A DNA stretch of 64,000 nt from Desulfuromonadales bacterium (GCA_033549025.1 JAWSUS010000009.1:1-64000); one strand, 5' to 3'; shown: positions 34,612-46,478, counted from the first letter of the stretch. Notes: a model not told the origin generated them from the letters alone. Numbers and translations are program-made.

Positions 34612-35640
34612 ATGGATTTGCATTTCAGTCGCTCCAACGGCGAGGTGGACGAGATGATCGACGACCTGCTCCGCCGGGTCGACGTGCATCACCCGGGGCT
34701 GGTTCGCGAGATGATTATCAGCTCTCTGATGGCCGGTCAGGAGACCGATTACCTGGCCGACCTCAAACTCATGCGCACCACCATGAAGGAGATGCGCTAT
34801 ACCAACAAAGTCTTCGGGCCCTATCGCCAGCGCAAAAAGGTGACCATCTTCGGCTCGGCTCGCACCGAGCCCAGCGAGCCCATCTATCAGAAGTGCGTCG
34901 AATTTTCCCGGCGCCTGGCCGAGCTCGGCTACATGGTCATCACCGGCGGCGGGGGCGGCATCATGCAGGCCGGCAATGAAGGCGCCGGAGCGGATAACTC
35001 CTTCGCCGTCAACATCCGCCTTCCTTTCGAGCAGGACACCAATCCGGTGATGGAGAACAGCAAAAATGTCATCACCTACAAGTATTTTTTCAACCGCAAG
35101 GTGGCTTTCCTCAAGGAAGCGCAGGCGGTGGCCCTCTTCCCCGGCGGTTTCGGCACCCTCGACGAGGCCATGGAGACCCTGACCCTGGTGCAGACGGGCA
35201 AGAACCCTCCCATTCCCCTGGTGCTCATCGATGACGACAATGGGGACTACTGGGAGCACTGGTTTCAGTTCATCAAAAAAATTCTGCTCAAACGCGGCCT
35301 GATTTCCGGCGAAGATTTCAGCCTGTTCACCATCACCCGGGACGTCGAAGAAGCGGTGCAGGTCATTGACGAATTCTACCGGGTCTACCATTCCAGTCGC
35401 TTCGTCAAGGACACCCTGATTATTCGCCTGAACAAAGTCCTCAGCGAAGAGCAGGTCGCCACGCTGCAAAGCGAATTCAGCGAGATCATCGAACCCGGCA
35501 GCTCCCTGCGTCTGACCGAGGCTTTTCCGGAGGAAAAGGACGAGCCGGATCTCCTCGGTCTGCCGCGTTTGGCCTTCGAGTTCAACCGGCGCAGCTTCGG
35601 CCTGCTTAAAGCCTTCATTCGCCGCATCAATTCCTTCTGA
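34612..35640 (+). CDS. LOG family nucleotide phosphoribohydrolase-like protein (long form)
   Basis: FGSART, ITGGGGGIM.A.N.GA, YFFNRK, PGGFGTLDE. Confidence 0.88.
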   Translation: MDLHFSRSNGEVDEMIDDLLRRVDVHHPGLVREMIISSLMAGQETDYLADLKLMRTTMKEMRYTNKVFGPYRQRKKVTIFGSARTEPSEPIYQKCVEFSRRLAELGYMVITGGGGGIMQAGNEGAGADNSFAVNIRLPFEQDTNPVMENSKNVITYKYFFNRKVAFLKEAQAVALFPGGFGTLDEAMETLTLVQTGKNPPIPLVLIDDDNGDYWEHWFQFIKKILLKRGLISGEDFSLFTITRDVEEAVQVIDEFYRVYHSSRFVKDTLIIRLNKVLSEEQVATLQSEFSEIIEPGSSLRLTEAFPEEKDEPDLLGLPRLAFEFNRRSFGLLKAFIRRINSF

Positions 35641-35655
35641 TTCTCCCGCACCCCG

Positions 35656-35695
35656 GCCCCAGAGGCGCTTTTGTCGCCTTTGGGGCTCTTCTTTT
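35656..35695 (+). terminator. intrinsic terminator
   Basis: gccccagaggcg/cgcctttggggc stem followed by T-rich tail. Confidence 0.6.
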
Positions 35696-35836
35696 GCAGA
35701 AATCCGCTCATCCGTTATACTGAAAAAGTTTCCCGACGCGCTGCCATTGCCGCCCCACGAGGGAGGAAGGCGAGCTGCGTGAGGCCCTTCTGCTGTTCTG
35801 ACGCAGGTTAAAAACCCATCAAGGAGGAAAATCGGT

Positions 35837-36805
35837 ATGAAAAAGCTGTCCGTGTGGATTCTTGCCCTGGCGCTGCTTGTCTTCGCCGGGGGCGATGCCC
35901 TGGCCGTCCAGTATGTCACCATCGGCACCGGTGGAGTCACCGGAGTCTACTACCCTACGGGGGGCGCCATCAGCAAGCTCATCAACAAGAAGCGCCGGGA
36001 ATACAACCTGCGCATGACCGTCGAATCGACCGGCGGTTCGGTTTTCAACGTCAACGCCCTGATGAACGGCGATATCGAGATGGGAGTCGTCCAGTCGGAC
36101 CTGCAGTGGCAGGCCTACAACGGCAAAGGGGAGTGGGATGGGGCGCCTCAGAAGAAATTGCGGGCCATGTTCGCCATCCATCCCGAAGCGGTGACCATTC
36201 TGGCTGCCGATGACAAGAACATTCGCTCGGTGGCCGACCTCAAAGGCAAAATCGTCAACATCGGCGCTCCCGGCACCGGCCAGCGCGTTAACGCCATGGA
36301 CTTTTTCCAGGCGGCCGGAATCGATGTGGACAAGGATCTCAAGGCTGAAGGGATCAAGCCGTCCGAAGCGGCCAGCATGCTGCAGGATGGCCGCATCGAC
36401 GCCTTCTTCTACACGGTCGGGCACCCCAACGGCTCGATCAAGGAGGCCGTTGCCGGCGCCCGCAAAGTCAACTTCGTACCCGTCGAAGAGGCCCTGATTG
36501 CCAAGCTGACCGCCGAGCAGCCCTACTACGCCCCGGCAGTTATTCCTGTGGCCCCCTATCCCGGCGTCGTCAACAAGGAGGACGTGCCCACCTTCGGCGT
36601 CAAGGCCACCATCTGCACCTCCGCCGATGTGCCGGAAGACATCATCTACACCATCACCAAGGAAGTCTTCGAGAATATCGACGAACTGCGCGACCTGCAT
36701 CCGGCTTTGGGCGTACTGACCCGTGAAAATATGCTGCAGGGGCTCTCGGCGCCTCTGCATCCGGGGGCCGAAAAGTATTTCAAAGAAGTCGGTCTGATTC
36801 AGTAA
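35837..36805 (+). CDS. TAXI family TRAP solute-binding protein
   Basis: Signal peptide; IGTGGVTGVYYP.G, STGGSVFN, DLKGK.VNIG.PG.G, PLHPGA.KY. Confidence 0.92.
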   Translation: MKKLSVWILALALLVFAGGDALAVQYVTIGTGGVTGVYYPTGGAISKLINKKRREYNLRMTVESTGGSVFNVNALMNGDIEMGVVQSDLQWQAYNGKGEWDGAPQKKLRAMFAIHPEAVTILAADDKNIRSVADLKGKIVNIGAPGTGQRVNAMDFFQAAGIDVDKDLKAEGIKPSEAASMLQDGRIDAFFYTVGHPNGSIKEAVAGARKVNFVPVEEALIAKLTAEQPYYAPAVIPVAPYPGVVNKEDVPTFGVKATICTSADVPEDIIYTITKEVFENIDELRDLHPALGVLTRENMLQGLSAPLHPGAEKYFKEVGLIQ

Positions 36806-36898
36806 CCGCGACGGCTGGAGCCTGGCGAGCCCAGGCTCCGGCTGGCTGATGACGGCAGAGAGGGTGAAGGCCCTTTCTATTCATGAGCGAGTGAATCT

Positions 36899-38977
36899 AT
36901 GACGGAAACTCCCCAGGAAGTTCGTGACGAAGGCTTGGCTGCGGCCCAGCGCATGAAGGAAGAGGAAGAACTCGGCCTGCGCCGTCTGCAGGGGTGGACC
37001 CGCTACCTGGTGCCGACCATCGCGTTGGCCTGGTCCCTTTTTCAGCTTTCCCTGTCGAGTTGGCTGCTGCTCGATTCCACCTATATCCGTGCTATTCACC
37101 TGGCTTTTGCCATGGCCATTGTCTTTCTGTCCTATCCGACTTTTCGGCGCGACATTCACCTGCCCGGATTGCGCTGGCTGGGAGAAAAGCACAAGATTCC
37201 CATCGCCGATTTCATTATCGCCCTGCTGGCTACCCTGGCGGCGCTCTACATCGCCCTGGATTATGAGGGCATCGCCAACCGGGTGGGACGCCCCAGCTCG
37301 CGGGACATTGTGGTCGGCATCTTCCTGGTCATCATTCTGCTGGAAGCGGCGCGCCGCGTGATCGGCCCGGCCCTGCCGGTGATCGCCTCGGTCTTTACCG
37401 CCTATGTCTTTTTCGGGCAGTACATGCCCGACTTCCTCGCCTTCAAGGGGGTCAGCGTTTCCCGCTATGTCAGCCAGATTTCCCTCACCACCGAAGGGAT
37501 TTACGGTATCCCCCTGAGCGTGTCGGCGCGCATCGTCTTTCTTTTTGTGCTCTTCGGCGCCATGCTGGAAAAAGCGGGAGCCGGCAAGTTTTTCATTGAT
37601 CTCGCCATGAGCCTGCTTGGCCGCTACAAGGGGGGGCCGGCCAAGGCGGCGGTGCTGGCCAGCGGTCTCACGGGCATCGTCTCCGGCTCCAGTATCGCCA
37701 ACGTTGTTACCACCGGCACCTTCACCATTCCCCTGATGAAGAAAGTCGGTTACCCGGCCAAAAAGGCGGCGGCCATCGAGGTGGCCGTATCGACCAACGG
37801 CCAGCTGATGCCGCCGATCATGGGAGCAGCCGCTTTCATCATCGCCGAGTACGTCAACATCTCCTATCTCGAAGTCTGCAAGGCCGCCGCGGTACCTGCC
37901 TTTGCCTCCTACGCCGCCCTGTTCTGGCTGACCCATCTGGAGGCCGGCAAGTTGGGCATGCGGGGGTTGAGTAAAGAGGAATTACCAGTCTTCTTCCAGA
38001 TTCTGCGACAGGGTCTGCACTACCTCATCCCCATCTTCATGCTCCTCTATGAGCTCATCATCCCGAGGCATTCCCCCGATCTGGCTGCCTTTCGAGCCAT
38101 CCTGGTGCTGATGGTTATCATGCTCTTCCAGCGTGCTATCGGCCGTCGCAAGTATGGCATCAGCTTCGGGCAGGGAGTCAAGCTCGGTGTTCTGGAAATT
38201 CTGGGGGGGATGGTCTCCGGCGCCCGCAACATGGTCAGCGTCGCCATCGCCACCGCCGCTGCCGGCATCATTGTCGGCGTGGTGACCATGGGTCTTGGCG
38301 GTCTGATTACCGACATCATTGACACCCTGAGTATGGGCAATCTCATCCTGATGCTGCTGATCACCGCGGTGGCCAGCCTCATCCTGGGCATGGGCTTGCC
38401 GACCACGGCCAACTACATCGTCATGGCCTCGTTGACGGCTCCAGCCCTGGTGACCATCGCCGAATGGCAGGGCTTCGAAGTGCCCCTGATCGCCGCCCAT
38501 CTTTTTGTCTTCTATTTCGGTATCCTGGCCGACGATACGCCCCCCGTCGGGCTGGCCGCCTATGCCGCCAGCGCCATTGCCAAATCCGATCCCATCCCGA
38601 CGGGCCTGCAGGGGTTCATGTACGACATCCGCACGGCGATCCTCCCCTTCATGTTCATCTTCAACACCGATATGCTGCTGATCGGGGTGGACGGCATCGG
38701 TCTTTCCCTCTACATCTTCGGCATGACCTGTGTCGGCATGTTTGCTTTTGCCTCGGCCACTCAGGGCTGGTTTCTGGTCCGGACCCGCTGGTATGAGATC
38801 ATCCTTCTGCTCGGCGTGGCACTCATCATGTTCCGGCCCGGTTTCTTTGCCGGCTTTGTCGGCATCAGCAACCATTACCTCAGTTATCTCGTGGGCCTGG
38901 CCCTGTGGGGAGGGATTTTTGCTCTGCAGAAGATGCGCATCAATAATGACCGGCCAGCGGGTAAGGAGGCGTTATGA
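36899..38977 (+). CDS. TRAP transporter fused 4TM/12TM permease
   Basis: GGPAKAAV, SGSSIANVVTTG.FTIPLMK, GQLMPPIMGAAAF, GMGLPTTANY, DDTPPVGLAA. Confidence 0.93.
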   Translation: MTETPQEVRDEGLAAAQRMKEEEELGLRRLQGWTRYLVPTIALAWSLFQLSLSSWLLLDSTYIRAIHLAFAMAIVFLSYPTFRRDIHLPGLRWLGEKHKIPIADFIIALLATLAALYIALDYEGIANRVGRPSSRDIVVGIFLVIILLEAARRVIGPALPVIASVFTAYVFFGQYMPDFLAFKGVSVSRYVSQISLTTEGIYGIPLSVSARIVFLFVLFGAMLEKAGAGKFFIDLAMSLLGRYKGGPAKAAVLASGLTGIVSGSSIANVVTTGTFTIPLMKKVGYPAKKAAAIEVAVSTNGQLMPPIMGAAAFIIAEYVNISYLEVCKAAAVPAFASYAALFWLTHLEAGKLGMRGLSKEELPVFFQILRQGLHYLIPIFMLLYELIIPRHSPDLAAFRAILVLMVIMLFQRAIGRRKYGISFGQGVKLGVLEILGGMVSGARNMVSVAIATAAAGIIVGVVTMGLGGLITDIIDTLSMGNLILMLLITAVASLILGMGLPTTANYIVMASLTAPALVTIAEWQGFEVPLIAAHLFVFYFGILADDTPPVGLAAYAASAIAKSDPIPTGLQGFMYDIRTAILPFMFIFNTDMLLIGVDGIGLSLYIFGMTCVGMFAFASATQGWFLVRTRWYEIILLLGVALIMFRPGFFAGFVGISNHYLSYLVGLALWGGIFALQKMRINNDRPAGKEAL

Positions 38978-39471
38978 TCCCCCAGTACAGAACCATCCTT
39001 TATGCGACAGATCTGACCCCCAATGCAACGACGGCGTTTCGCCACGCGGTCGGTATTGCGCGCTGTCACAATGCCCGCATTCACCTGCTGCACGTGATGC
39101 CCGAGATGGAACCGGCGGTTCTCAACTATGTTTCCACCGTCATGGGCGAGGATAAACTGGCTGATTTCGAACTGGAACACAAGCAGGAGGTCAGCGAGAC
39201 GATTCGCCAGCAACTGAAGGCCTTTGCCGAAGAGGAACTGGCCAACCACCCGGAAGACTTGGCGCGGATCGCCGCCATCGAAATTCATCACGGCCATGCC
39301 GTGGGACTTATCCTTGAATTATCGGACCGCATTGAGGCCGATCTGGTGGTGCTGGGGAGTCATGGCAAGGGGGCGCTCAAGTATACTTTTCTGGGGAGCG
39401 TGGCCGAGAAGGTGCTGCGCAAGTCACGGCGACCCGTGCTGGTGGTACCGCTTCACCACCCGCATGATTAG
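38974..39471 (+). CDS. universal stress protein
   Basis: ILYATDL, ADLVVLGSHG....FLGSVAEKVLR...PVLVV; ATGA overlap. Confidence 0.92.
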   Translation: MIPQYRTILYATDLTPNATTAFRHAVGIARCHNARIHLLHVMPEMEPAVLNYVSTVMGEDKLADFELEHKQEVSETIRQQLKAFAEEELANHPEDLARIAAIEIHHGHAVGLILELSDRIEADLVVLGSHGKGALKYTFLGSVAEKVLRKSRRPVLVVPLHHPHD

Positions 39472-39568
39472 AAATGCCGCCGTACCTTGCCAAGAGGGAA
39501 TTTGGCGCTAGTATGTAATTCTGCCGGCAAAAAATACAGGTTCCTTAAATGAAAACGAGGGTAGAGCG

Positions 39569-40018
39569 ATGATCCGTTCAGAAGCACTGGTCGATTATGA
39601 AAAGTTTCGCAGCGCCAAAGTGGCCATCTTCGTCGATATCGGCGATACGGGCCGCTCTTACGAAACCATGGCCCGCCATCGCGAGGCCATTGAACGTCTG
39701 GCAGGGATGTTTGGCGCCCGCATCCTGTTGGTAGAGCAGAAGAAGCTCCTGTGCGATGCCATTGTGGAGAGTGACTATGCCGATGCCTGGGTTCTGCTGG
39801 TGTCCGATGGTCCCAACCGCTCCATGACCACCAAAAAGAATCCCCAGCGGATCAATGTCGATGCCAAAGCGCCCTGGGAAGGATGCGCCTTCAAGGAGCT
39901 GGTCCGCCAGGTCAAGGAGTCGACCCGCATTCTTGAAGACATGACGGACTACTACAGCCGTTTTACCGCCGCCTCTTCCCGCCTGGGCCTAACCTCCGTG
40001 CAGACCAGCCCGAACTAG
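39569..40018 (+). CDS. hypothetical protein
   Basis: 149-aa ORF with GAGGG RBS, host-like codon usage, fills the gap; no recognised motif. Confidence 0.65.
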   Translation: MIRSEALVDYEKFRSAKVAIFVDIGDTGRSYETMARHREAIERLAGMFGARILLVEQKKLLCDAIVESDYADAWVLLVSDGPNRSMTTKKNPQRINVDAKAPWEGCAFKELVRQVKESTRILEDMTDYYSRFTAASSRLGLTSVQTSPN

Positions 40019-40046
40019 CTTTGCCAACCTCCGAGCTTCCCGCCCA

Positions 40047-41471
<1,425 letters not shown>

Positions 41472-41519
41472 AGATCATTTCCTTGGGTTGCTATCGGGTT
41501 GCAGGGGGCTAAAGACGAC

Positions 41520-42743
41520 TCAGAGCTCGAAGAGCAGCTCTTCCGGCGCTTCGAGAACCTCTTTGATCTTGCGCAGGAACTGGACCGCCTGCCGTCCGTC
41601 GATGATGCGGTGATCGTAGCTTAAGGCCAGGTACATGATGGGCCGGATGACGATCTCGCCATCGCGCACCACCGCCCGCTCCTCGATGGCGTGCATGCCG
41701 AGCACACCGCTTTGCGGGGGGTTGAGTATGGGGGTGCTGAGCATGGAACCGTAGATACCGCCGTTGCTGATGGTGAAGGTGCCCCCTTCCAATTCGTCGA
41801 GGGTGATGCGGTTGTTCTGGATGCGGTCGACCAGCTCTTGAATGCCCTCCTCGATGCCGGCGAAGCTGAGCTGATCGGCGTCGCGCAGGACCGGTACGAT
41901 GAGGCCCCGCTCGGAGCCGACGGCGATGCCGATATCGTAGAAGTTCTGATGGACGATATCCTCACCGTCGATGCGGGCGTTGACGTCGGGGAAGGCCTTG
42001 AGCGCCTCGACGCAGGCTTTGACGAAAAAGGACATCAGCCCCAAAGAGACGCCGTGTTTTTCACGGAAGGCTTCCTTGTGCTGCTGGCGCAGAGCGGCAA
42101 TGCGGCTCATGTCCGCTTCGTTGAAGGTGGTCAGCATGGCCGTCTGCTGCCGCACAGCGACGAGCCGTTCGGCGATCTTCTTGCGGATCGGGCTCATGCG
42201 CTGGCGGGTGGTGCGTCCGCTCTCGTCGGGTTCGGTGGCGGGTTTCTTACGGGGAGCAGCGGCCGTTTCTTTTGCCGGAGGCGCGGGTGTCTGCTCCTTT
42301 TCTCCCTCGTCGCTGGCGCGCAGGACGTCGTCGACGGTGATGCGGCCATCCCGGCCACTGCCGGAGACGCTGTCGAGGTCGATCCCTTTCTCTCGCGCCA
42401 TCTTGGCGGCGGCCGGATTGACGACTGGTGCTTTGCCTTCAGTCTTCGTGGGTTTTTCGTCCTCTTCTTCGTCGTCCTCGGACGATTCCTGGTCGGCATC
42501 TGCTGGTGACGACGCCTTTTCGTCGATGCTGCCCAGGGTGCCGCCGACCTTCACCGTCTCCCCTTCCTGGGCGCTGATGGCCAGGGAACCTTCCGCTTCC
42601 GCCTGTATTTCCAGATTGATCTTGTCGGTCTCCAGTTCGAGCAGAACTTCGTCTTTGCGGACGAAGTCCCCGTCTTTTTTGTGCCATTTGCCAACGACCG
42701 CTTCAAAAACGGATTCGCCGATTTCAGGAACTGTAATCTTCAT
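41520..42743 (-). CDS. sucB: 2-oxoglutarate dehydrogenase E2 (succinyltransferase)
   Basis: Lipoyl domain ETDK, GSGRDGRIT, TAMLTTFNE, SYDHRIIDG. Confidence 0.95.
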   Translation of the reverse strand: MKITVPEIGESVFEAVVGKWHKKDGDFVRKDEVLLELETDKINLEIQAEAEGSLAISAQEGETVKVGGTLGSIDEKASSPADADQESSEDDEEEDEKPTKTEGKAPVVNPAAAKMAREKGIDLDSVSGSGRDGRITVDDVLRASDEGEKEQTPAPPAKETAAAPRKKPATEPDESGRTTRQRMSPIRKKIAERLVAVRQQTAMLTTFNEADMSRIAALRQQHKEAFREKHGVSLGLMSFFVKACVEALKAFPDVNARIDGEDIVHQNFYDIGIAVGSERGLIVPVLRDADQLSFAGIEEGIQELVDRIQNNRITLDELEGGTFTISNGGIYGSMLSTPILNPPQSGVLGMHAIEERAVVRDGEIVIRPIMYLALSYDHRIIDGRQAVQFLRKIKEVLEAPEELLFEL

Positions 42744-42805
42744 GGGGATCTCCGGGAAAAAAACGGGGTTAAAATCTCAACAGCCTGACCTGAGGTGCGT
42801 GCCGC

Positions 42806-45499
42806 TCAGGAGGAGAAGGCCGCTTCAAGAATCTCCTCCTGTTCTTTTTTGTGCAGGCGATGGGAACCCACGGCGGGGGCCGCAGCCGGTTCGCGGCCGA
42901 TATAGTCTGGCTCCAGGCCGGTAGCCTTCGCCAGGCGCGGCCGCACGAACTCCCAGGCGCCGGCGTTGCGGGGCTCCTCCTGAACCCAAACCACCCGCTC
43001 CAGCTGGACGAAGGGGGCTAAAAGCTCCTGCAGGCGCTCGCCGTGCCAGGGGTAGAACTGCTCGACGCGCACCAGGGCGATGGTTTTGTGACCCTCGTCC
43101 TTCGCCTTTTCCTGCAGTTCGTAGAAAATTTTGCCGCTGCAGAAAAGAAGCGTCTTGACGGTCTCGGGTTTTTCGGCCGTCAAAAGGAAATCCTCGAAGC
43201 GCCCTTCGGTGAATGCCTCCAGCCTGGAGCGGCAGGCGGGATGCCTCAGCAGGCTCTTGGGGGTGAAGACAATCAAGGGGCGCCGGAAGGGTTGCCGCAC
43301 CTGCCGGCGCAGCAGATGAAAAAACTGGGCCGGCGTGGTGGGGTTGGCTGCCTGCAGGTTGTTGTCGGCGCACAGCTGCAGAAAACGCTCGATGCGGGCG
43401 CTGGAATGTTCGGCACCCTGCCCCTCGAACCCGTGGGGGAGGAAGAGGGTCAGGCCGCTGTGCCGGTCCCACTTGGAGGAGCCGCTGGCGATGAATTGGT
43501 CGATGATGACTTGGGCGCCGTTGGCGAAGTCGCCGAACTGGGCCTCCCAGATGGTCAGGGCGTGAGGCGTTTCGAGGGAATAGCCGTAGTCGAAGCCGAG
43601 CACTGCCGCTTCGGAGAGCATGCTGTTGTAGATGCGGCAAGCCGCCTTGTCCTTGGCCAGGGTCGCGAGGGGCATGAAGGTCTCGCCGTTTTTGGCGTCG
43701 ACCAGCACGGCGTGGCGGTGGTTGAAGGTCCCCCGGCGTACGTCCTGGCCGGAGAGGCGCACGCTATTGCCTTCGTGGAGCAGAGTGGCCAGGGCCAGAT
43801 GCTCGGCGTTGCCCCAGTCGATCTCCTCCCCGGTTTCGATGGCTTCCAGCCGCTTCTGCAGCAGGGTGGCGATTTTGGGGTGCGGCGAAAAATCGTCGGG
43901 GACCAGGGCCAGTTGGCGGGCGATATCCTGCAGGGTGTCAGCGGAAACCGCTGTGGAGACCGGCGCCGGCGTGGTGTCGCGGGCGATATCTTTCCACTTC
44001 CCCCGAAAACCGGCATCGGCCGGCTTCCCCTGTTTTTCCAGGGACTCCTCCAGATGCTGCGAGAAACTGTCGGCCATCGCCTCCATCTCCTCAGGGGGGA
44101 CGCCCTCTTCCTGCAAGCGCGCGCTATAGATTTCGTAGGCGGGCGGGCGCTCTTTGATCTTTTCATACATCAGGGGTTGCGTGAAATAGGGCTCATCCCC
44201 TTCGTTGTGCCCGTGCCGGCGATAGCAGATGACTTCGAGGATGACGTCGCGGCCGTAGCGCTGGCGGTAGTCGAGGGCCAGGTCGGCCACATAGGCCGCC
44301 GCCTCGGGATCCTCCCCGTGGATGTGGAAGATGGGAACCATGAGCATCTTGGCCATGTCCGTGGCATAGTGGGTGGAGCGGGCGTCAGCCGGGGCGGTAG
44401 TAAAGCCGATCTGGTTGTTGAGGACGATGTGCACCGTACCGCCGGTACTGTAACCTTCCAGCTGAGAAAGATTGAGGGTTTCGGCAACCATCCCCTGGCC
44501 GGCGAAGGCGGCGTCGCCATGGATGAGCACCGGTAGGACGCGCTTGGCCCCGTCCTCACCGAGGGCTTCCTGTCGCGCCCGGGCCTTGCCTTCGACGACG
44601 GGGTTCACTACTTCCAGGTGGCTGGGGTTTGAGGCCATGGTCAGGTGCAGGCTTTCCTGGTCGGGGAAATCGTGGTCGATGGAGAAGCCCTTGTGGTATT
44701 TGACATCGCCCTCGCCGACGAATTCGTACTCCAGGTTGTCTTTAAACTCGGCGAAGATGTTTTCCAGAGGTTTATGGAAGTTGTTGGCCAACACGTTGAG
44801 ACGTCCCCGGTGCGCCATGCCCAGAACCAGGGTTTTCAGAGAGAGTGCAGCGGCCCGGTGAATAAAGCGGTCGAGCAGCGGGATGATGATTTCGCCCCCT
44901 TCCAGGCTGAAGCGCTTCTGCCCGAGAAACTTGCGGTGCAGAAAATTCTCGAACAGGGTCGCCTGCTGCAGCTTCTGCAGGATGGCCTTCTTCTCCGCCA
45001 CCGAGAAGGAGGGACGGTTGCGGCAGTTCTCCATGCGATCGATGAGCCATTGGCGCTCGGCCGGATCCTGAATATGCATGAATTCCACCCCGATGGACCG
45101 GCAGTAGGTCTCCTGCATGGTCGTCAGGATTTCTTTCAGGGTGGCGCTTTCCTTCAGAAACCGCTTGGTATGAAACTCCCGCGGCAGATCGGCCTCTTCC
45201 AGACCGAAGGCCTCAAGGTCGAGCAACGGGTGGGAGAGGGGGCAGGGATTAAGCGGATCGGTGCAGGCCAGCAGGTGACCAAGGGAACGGTAGCGGTACA
45301 GGAGCGACTGAACGGCGGACTGCTTGAGTTCCAGGGCATGGCACGCGCCGGCCGGCGTCGTCTTGGTCGATTCGGTGCGCCCCAGGGCAAAGCCTTCGAA
45401 GAAGATCTGCCATTGGCGGGGTACCTGCTGTGGATCCTCCTTCCAGAGGACATACTGGGCTTCAAAATAGTCGGGGCTGGCGTTGTCGAGAAAGGTCAT
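42806..45499 (-). CDS. sucA: 2-oxoglutarate dehydrogenase E1
   Basis: KRFSLEG, GMAHRGRLN, GDVKYH, HGDAAFAGQG, WEAQFGDFANGAQ; ATG 45499. Confidence 0.96.
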   Translation of the reverse strand: MTFLDNASPDYFEAQYVLWKEDPQQVPRQWQIFFEGFALGRTESTKTTPAGACHALELKQSAVQSLLYRYRSLGHLLACTDPLNPCPLSHPLLDLEAFGLEEADLPREFHTKRFLKESATLKEILTTMQETYCRSIGVEFMHIQDPAERQWLIDRMENCRNRPSFSVAEKKAILQKLQQATLFENFLHRKFLGQKRFSLEGGEIIIPLLDRFIHRAAALSLKTLVLGMAHRGRLNVLANNFHKPLENIFAEFKDNLEYEFVGEGDVKYHKGFSIDHDFPDQESLHLTMASNPSHLEVVNPVVEGKARARQEALGEDGAKRVLPVLIHGDAAFAGQGMVAETLNLSQLEGYSTGGTVHIVLNNQIGFTTAPADARSTHYATDMAKMLMVPIFHIHGEDPEAAAYVADLALDYRQRYGRDVILEVICYRRHGHNEGDEPYFTQPLMYEKIKERPPAYEIYSARLQEEGVPPEEMEAMADSFSQHLEESLEKQGKPADAGFRGKWKDIARDTTPAPVSTAVSADTLQDIARQLALVPDDFSPHPKIATLLQKRLEAIETGEEIDWGNAEHLALATLLHEGNSVRLSGQDVRRGTFNHRHAVLVDAKNGETFMPLATLAKDKAACRIYNSMLSEAAVLGFDYGYSLETPHALTIWEAQFGDFANGAQVIIDQFIASGSSKWDRHSGLTLFLPHGFEGQGAEHSSARIERFLQLCADNNLQAANPTTPAQFFHLLRRQVRQPFRRPLIVFTPKSLLRHPACRSRLEAFTEGRFEDFLLTAEKPETVKTLLFCSGKIFYELQEKAKDEGHKTIALVRVEQFYPWHGERLQELLAPFVQLERVVWVQEEPRNAGAWEFVRPRLAKATGLEPDYIGREPAAAPAVGSHRLHKKEQEEILEAAFSS

Positions 45500-45655
45500 A
45501 GGGTATCCGCGGAGTGAAAAAGACGTTGCTGTCGCGAGGTGAGGACAAGCCTCGGCCGGCATGGCCAACCCGATAAGTATAACAGGGGGGCAGAGGCATG
45601 CAACGGCCACGAAGCCTGGGCTGGAACGCCGCTCGGCAGGGCGGAGAAAAGGCCT

Positions 45656-46279
45656 CTACGGGGTCAGGGTCTGGCCAAGGTACTGGCTGACGCCTCCCAT
45701 AATCATCTGCACGGCGATGGTCGTCAGGATCATGCCCATCAGTCGCTCAATGGCAATAATCCCCCTTTTGCCCAGCCAGCGGTTGAGGTTGGTCGCCAGG
45801 GAAAGGATGGTGCCGGTGATGAGCCAGGCTATGAAAATGGCCAGCAGCCATTCGGGCCAGCGGGCGCTGTCCCGGTTCATGATGAAGAGCACGGAGGCCA
45901 GGGCGGAAGGGCCGGCAATAAAAGGAATGGCCAGGGGAACGATAAAGGGTTCGCCATCGAGGGCGATAGGGACTTCGTAGAGCCCGCCGGGGGAGGGAAA
46001 AACCATGCGGATGGCGATCATGAAGAGAATGATGCCGCCAGCCACCGTCAGCGTCGGATCCGAGATGTTGAGTACGCGCAGCAGAAATTTGCCGAGAAAC
46101 AGAAAGAGCACCAGAACCAGCAGGGCGATGAGCAGCTCCCGGATGATGACCTTTTTTTGCCGCTCGGGGGGAACGTCCTTGAGTGCCGTCAGGAAGAGGG
46201 GGATGTTGCCGATGGGGTCCATGACAAAGAGGAGCAGCAGAGTGGCCGACAGAATCGTCACGGCGGATACCTCGTCCAA
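45656..46279 (-). CDS. MarC family membrane protein
   Basis: DPIGNIPLF, IVPLAIPFIAGP, ERLMGMIL; exact start uncertain. Confidence 0.88.
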   Translation of the reverse strand: MDEVSAVTILSATLLLLFVMDPIGNIPLFLTALKDVPPERQKKVIIRELLIALLVLVLFLFLGKFLLRVLNISDPTLTVAGGIILFMIAIRMVFPSPGGLYEVPIALDGEPFIVPLAIPFIAGPSALASVLFIMNRDSARWPEWLLAIFIAWLITGTILSLATNLNRWLGKRGIIAIERLMGMILTTIAVQMIMGGVSQYLGQTLTP

Positions 46280-46337
46280 AGGGGCAGTGGATTTCTGATT
46301 GGAGACCGAAGGTGTGGCAGGTGGTCAAGCTAGCATG

Positions 46338-46367
46338 AAAAAAAACGGGCGTCCAGTCTGTTGCCCG
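46338..46367 (-). terminator. intrinsic terminator (minus strand)
   Basis: cgggc/gcccg stem followed by T8 on the minus strand. Confidence 0.5.
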
Positions 46368-46478
46368 GCGGCGTTCGGCCTTGGTCAGAAAAACGTCAAG
46401 AACAATAAATATGAACATAAACAAAAGATGAACATCGTGGGTCAGGCAGTGCTGTGTTCGAGCGGTCAGGAGGATGTT

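Noticed and set aside
35727..35836. Riboswitch in the TAXI-TRAP leader
   Set aside because: GC-rich with some pairing, but no recognisable aptamer core or terminator
46280..46400. yybP-ykoY (Mn) riboswitch upstream of marC
   Set aside because: Conserved GGGGAGTA/GAGACC core not seen on the minus strand
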